A stretch of 64,000 nt of DNA from Candidatus Latescibacterota bacterium (GTDB taxonomy: Bacteria; Latescibacterota; UBA2968; GCA-2709665). Of this stretch, positions 60,764-64,000 are shown piece by piece. Where the stretch lies: NCBI GenBank assembly GCA_965226795.1, contig CBDDDZ010000005.1, positions 896,001-960,000 on the forward strand. Reading direction: 5' to 3'. Within the stretch, counting starts at the first letter, position 1. The number at the start of each line of letters is the position of its first letter. Both the position numbers and the translations under genes were made by a program. The notes under the pieces were generated by a model that was not told where the DNA came from, did no database searches, and worked only from the letters and a program-made list of their open reading frames with translations.

Positions 60764-61030
60764 ATGGTGGAATCATCGGACAGCCGTAAACAGAGCAGAG
60801 CGCAACTGGGCGGAAAACCCGAGGGGCGAATCCAGCAGTATTTCTGTGTGGACGATGAAAAATACCACGCATTCGCGAGGGTTTCCAAAGACGCGACTGT
60901 ATTGCGCCGAATGCCCAAGCGAATTCGTGTTATGGGCAAGGACGTGGACGGATGGGTCGTGGAGGTGACGGTACCGGCGACGGACGGCGTGGTGCGTGTG
61001 GATCCGCTTGACGCCGCGAAAAAGATTTGA
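60764..61030 (+). CDS. Hypothetical protein (88 aa)
   Basis: ATG 15 nt after the nadD stop, globular-looking composition; no family recognised. Confidence 0.55.
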   Translation: MVESSDSRKQSRAQLGGKPEGRIQQYFCVDDEKYHAFARVSKDATVLRRMPKRIRVMGKDVDGWVVEVTVPATDGVVRVDPLDAAKKI

Positions 61031-61214
61031 GTCCGACACCATCGGTGCAGGTGGAGTCGGTTGGTCTTCGCGCGCCGTGGATTCCGCTCCTGGCAACATT
61101 CCGAATACATCGGAATTCGCGGATTTGTTGACGTCTCGATTGGCGAAACAAGCGGATGCTGTCGTCGTTAAGACTGGCGGCAGCGATGCTCCGTGGACAC
61201 CTCAGGGGGGAAGA

Positions 61215-61535
61215 ATGATACTGCCGGACGGCCTCGACAGGGGTGAGACTACCGACGTTACGATCTTTGGACGCCAGTATCCCGTCCAAAGTCGGGAGTC
61301 ATCCGAGTATACCTATCGAGTTGCCGATCTCGTCGATCGCCGAATGTCGGAGATCGCGTCACAGCAGAAACTGGCTGAACCGACGAAAATAGCTATTATC
61401 GCGGCATTGGATATCGCCGACAGGCTGTTAAAGTACCGATCGGGACGTGAAGCGGCGGGCCGGCAGGCCGAGCGGGTGGCTGCTCGTCTGACGATGTTGC
61501 TTGACGACGAAGACGGGGGGTCCAAATCGGCCTGA
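61215..61535 (+). CDS. zapA: Cell division protein ZapA
   Basis: VTIFGRQY, VADLVDRRM, KIAIIAALDIAD; start re-called to ATG 61215. Confidence 0.85.
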   Translation: MILPDGLDRGETTDVTIFGRQYPVQSRESSEYTYRVADLVDRRMSEIASQQKLAEPTKIAIIAALDIADRLLKYRSGREAAGRQAERVAARLTMLLDDEDGGSKSA

Positions 61536-61581
61536 CCACAATAGTCGTCAATGGAATCGACATGGACGGGGCGAGGGGATT

Positions 61582-62304
61582 TCAACCCGGGGTGAGAGGT
61601 GTGGATCGAGGCGTTTCCGTGAATCTGTATCTGAAGATGGTATAAAGGATTTTCCAGCCCGCCTTGATCGTACCGCTTACGGTTCCGGTGATCTTGGAAA
61701 CGCCGATTCGACGACGATAGCTGACCGGAACTTCCAGGAATCGGAAATCCATCCGGGCAGCTTTTACCTGCATTTCCACGGTCCAACCAAAGGTTTTGTC
61801 CTGCATATCGAGCTTTACGAGTGCCGGATACGCAAGGGCGCGGAATGGCCCGAGATCGGTGAAGTTGGCGCCAAACAGACGGCGGATGAGCCACGTGGCC
61901 AGCCAGTTGCCGAAACGGGCCTGCGGAAGTAGCGCGCCGGCCTCCCGTGTACCCAGTATGCGGGAGCCAATCACCATATCCGCGCGACCCTCAGCGATGG
62001 GCTCCACCAGAAGCGTCATTTCATCGGGATAGTCACTGTAGTCGCCGTCAAGGAAAACGACAATATCAGGTTTCTCCAGGGCGTCGATGCCCGCCAGGCA
62101 AGCCCAGCCGTATCCCCTGCGATGTTCGTGAACAATTCGGGCCCCCATTTGCCTGGCCAGGTCGACCGTTCGGTCGGTGGAGCCGTTGTCCACCACAACC
62201 ACGTCGGCGTCGAGATGGCTCGGAATATCGGACAGTACGTTCCGAATGGCTTCCTGCTCGTTGAAAACCGGAATGACCACGGCGATTTTGGGAGAGGCAT
62301 GCAT
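61582..62304 (-). CDS. Glycosyltransferase family 2 (DPM1-like)
   Basis: VIPVFNE, VDNGSTD, GYG.ACLAG, FLDGD, TDLGPFR, YRRRIG.SK. Confidence 0.92.
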   Translation of the reverse strand: MHASPKIAVVIPVFNEQEAIRNVLSDIPSHLDADVVVVDNGSTDRTVDLARQMGARIVHEHRRGYGWACLAGIDALEKPDIVVFLDGDYSDYPDEMTLLVEPIAEGRADMVIGSRILGTREAGALLPQARFGNWLATWLIRRLFGANFTDLGPFRALAYPALVKLDMQDKTFGWTVEMQVKAARMDFRFLEVPVSYRRRIGVSKITGTVSGTIKAGWKILYTIFRYRFTETPRSTPLTPG

Positions 62305-62331
62305 GGCAGGCGGGAGAGGACTGAAAGGCGT

Positions 62332-62532
62332 TTATCTTCGTTCCGGCGGTTTTCGTATTAACCGGGTCGTTCTTGAGTTGCTACGGGCCTTCAGGCGAGC
62401 GACCAGAATGAAGACGCAGAAAACAACACACAGGATAATGCTGCCCGCAACCTTGTTCGGATGATCCACAAGCCACATCAGGCCCATGGTGATCAGCAGG
62501 CAGATGCCCGCAATGATACTTTCTCTGGTCAT
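62332..62532 (-). CDS. Small two-TM membrane protein (66 aa)
   Basis: GAGAGG SD, two hydrophobic helices and a basic tail. Confidence 0.6.
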   Translation of the reverse strand: MTRESIIAGICLLITMGLMWLVDHPNKVAGSIILCVVFCVFILVARLKARSNSRTTRLIRKPPERR

Positions 62533-62754
62533 CGGATCCGCCTCTCTTTCGTGTAGAGGATCGCGGGAGTCTGTCTCCGGGAATCTAACGGGCGACGCGC
62601 GGCTTGTCAATTGATTCAGCCCGCACGCGGTTGCTCTCAGGCAGGTCGGGAGATTCGGTTCGCGGCTCCGAGATTGCAGACAATGTTGGGCGCTGTACGA
62701 AACCGCCTTGCGAACCTGCGCCCTGAATCGCGCGGGGTTTTTTTGCACGACCTG

Positions 62755-63978
62755 TCATTTTTGCGGGCCTTGACGCGGGGAACTGTCGGAAGTCGGTCGT
62801 CCCGTGAGGGTTTCAGGCACCAGGAACGCAAAGGTGCCGGCAGCGAGCAGGCCGAATCCTGCGATCGCAAAGGTGGCGGGGGAAAGGCCGAGCAGATCGG
62901 CGATGCCCCCAACCACGAGAGGCGCGCCCATATGGCCTGTATCGCCAACCAGGCGCCAGGCTCCCAGGAACTCGCCGATCGAATCCCTGGGCGCAAGGTC
63001 CGCGCCGAGCGTCATCATGGAACCGGAGCCAATGCCGTTGCCCAGGCCCAGGAGCGCGGTGGCCAGAAGCAGCCCCGCAAAGCTGTGGGTAAAGGGAATG
63101 GCCGCCATTGCGACTGCCTGGGTCAGGAAGCATGGTACCATCGCGAATTTTCTTCCGTACCGATCCATAATATGGCCGGCGGGATAGAAGAGAGACATGT
63201 CCACCAGCGCAGAAATGGTGATGATCCACCCGATGGCCTGAACGTCCAGACCGATCACGTCGGCGGCATATAGGGGCACGACGACGGGGCGTCCGGCTCG
63301 AATGGTCTGGGCAAAGAGTTGCCCCGATCCGGCGGTGGCAAGTTCCCGAAAATGCGATTTGAAAATTGTCAGCAGTCGTTTGATATGGCCGGCCCCGACG
63401 GCTGGCGCCACGCGCGCCGTTTCCGTTCCCAATGTCATCATGGTAATAAAAACGACTAGTGTGGCCAGGGCGGCAAACACAAGGAATGGGGTTTTAAGAC
63501 TGTAGAAGGCGCCGAACGCGCCGCCCGCAGCGGGACCCGCAAAGCTTCCGATCCGGTGAACGCCGCCGAAGATCGCAAGCGCCCTTCCTCGACGAAAAAG
63601 GGCGGTTGCGTCCGCCAGATAGGCGTGACAGGCGATGCTCCAGAGTGAACCACCAACGCCGGCGGCGAGACGGTAGAACATGACCTCGTAGATATCGTTT
63701 GCCCAGAACAGCATGAGATTGGAGACGGCAACGCAGCTCACGCCAAGAATCATGGCGGGTTTCCGCCCGACCCTGCCGAGCAGGATGGCAGCCGGTAAAG
63801 CGCCGATCAGCCTGCCGACGCCTTCGGCGGCAAGCACGACGCCCACAAGTCCGTACGACGCGCTGAAGGTTTTTGCGTAGAGCGGAAGGATGGGGATAAG
63901 CATTCCGCTGCCAAACATCAGCATCAGCGACGGAACGTAAACGGGCAGGACGAGTGAATTGCGTGTGGATCCGGTCAT
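62755..63978 (-). CDS. MFS transporter
   Basis: About 12 TMs, motif A G.IMDRYGRK and GRVGRK. Confidence 0.92.
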   Translation of the reverse strand: MTGSTRNSLVLPVYVPSLMLMFGSGMLIPILPLYAKTFSASYGLVGVVLAAEGVGRLIGALPAAILLGRVGRKPAMILGVSCVAVSNLMLFWANDIYEVMFYRLAAGVGGSLWSIACHAYLADATALFRRGRALAIFGGVHRIGSFAGPAAGGAFGAFYSLKTPFLVFAALATLVVFITMMTLGTETARVAPAVGAGHIKRLLTIFKSHFRELATAGSGQLFAQTIRAGRPVVVPLYAADVIGLDVQAIGWIITISALVDMSLFYPAGHIMDRYGRKFAMVPCFLTQAVAMAAIPFTHSFAGLLLATALLGLGNGIGSGSMMTLGADLAPRDSIGEFLGAWRLVGDTGHMGAPLVVGGIADLLGLSPATFAIAGFGLLAAGTFAFLVPETLTGRPTSDSSPRQGPQK

Positions 63979-64000
63979 GGGGTATGCCAGCGGTTGTTCG

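Noticed and set aside
61536..61581. 6S RNA downstream of zapA
   Set aside because: Only 46 nt before the convergent GT2 gene, too short.
1..64000. CRISPR arrays, integrases/transposases, rRNA, inteins or introns
   Set aside because: No regularly spaced repeats or recombinase motifs seen; RpoB, RpoC, EF-G and the tRNAs are of normal length and uninterrupted.

Overview
Core chromosomal region of a GC-rich diderm bacterium (BamD present; the Bat operon and protein character suggest the FCB group, e.g. Latescibacterota/Gemmatimonadota-like, but this is a tentative inference). In order: a batABCDE operon (0.1-6.5 kb); a plant-type threonine synthase; a SAM-II riboswitch with a terminator/antiterminator platform in front of a plant-type cystathionine gamma-synthase; tRNA-Tyr/Gly/Thr/Trp with rpmG-secE-nusG-rplKAJL-rpoBC; the str/S10/spc/alpha superoperon (lacking adk, map and infA), running into a GHL10 gene and rlmD; greA; a dapA-like gene and a short adk; a beta-propeller/PP2C sensor; HAD-purL (eukaryote-like single chain)-folD; an aldo-keto reductase; a standalone small orphan gene; rbsK; bamD-nadD-orphan-zapA; GT2 and MFS genes. 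No CRISPR array, rRNA or mobile element was seen. Most interesting: (1) an apparent plant-style O-phosphohomoserine Thr/Met branch point with SAM sensing on both arms, and (2) substitutions at known antibiotic-target positions in RpoB, S12, S10, S5 and L22. All homology calls come from motif recognition and recalled reference sequences; no searches were run.
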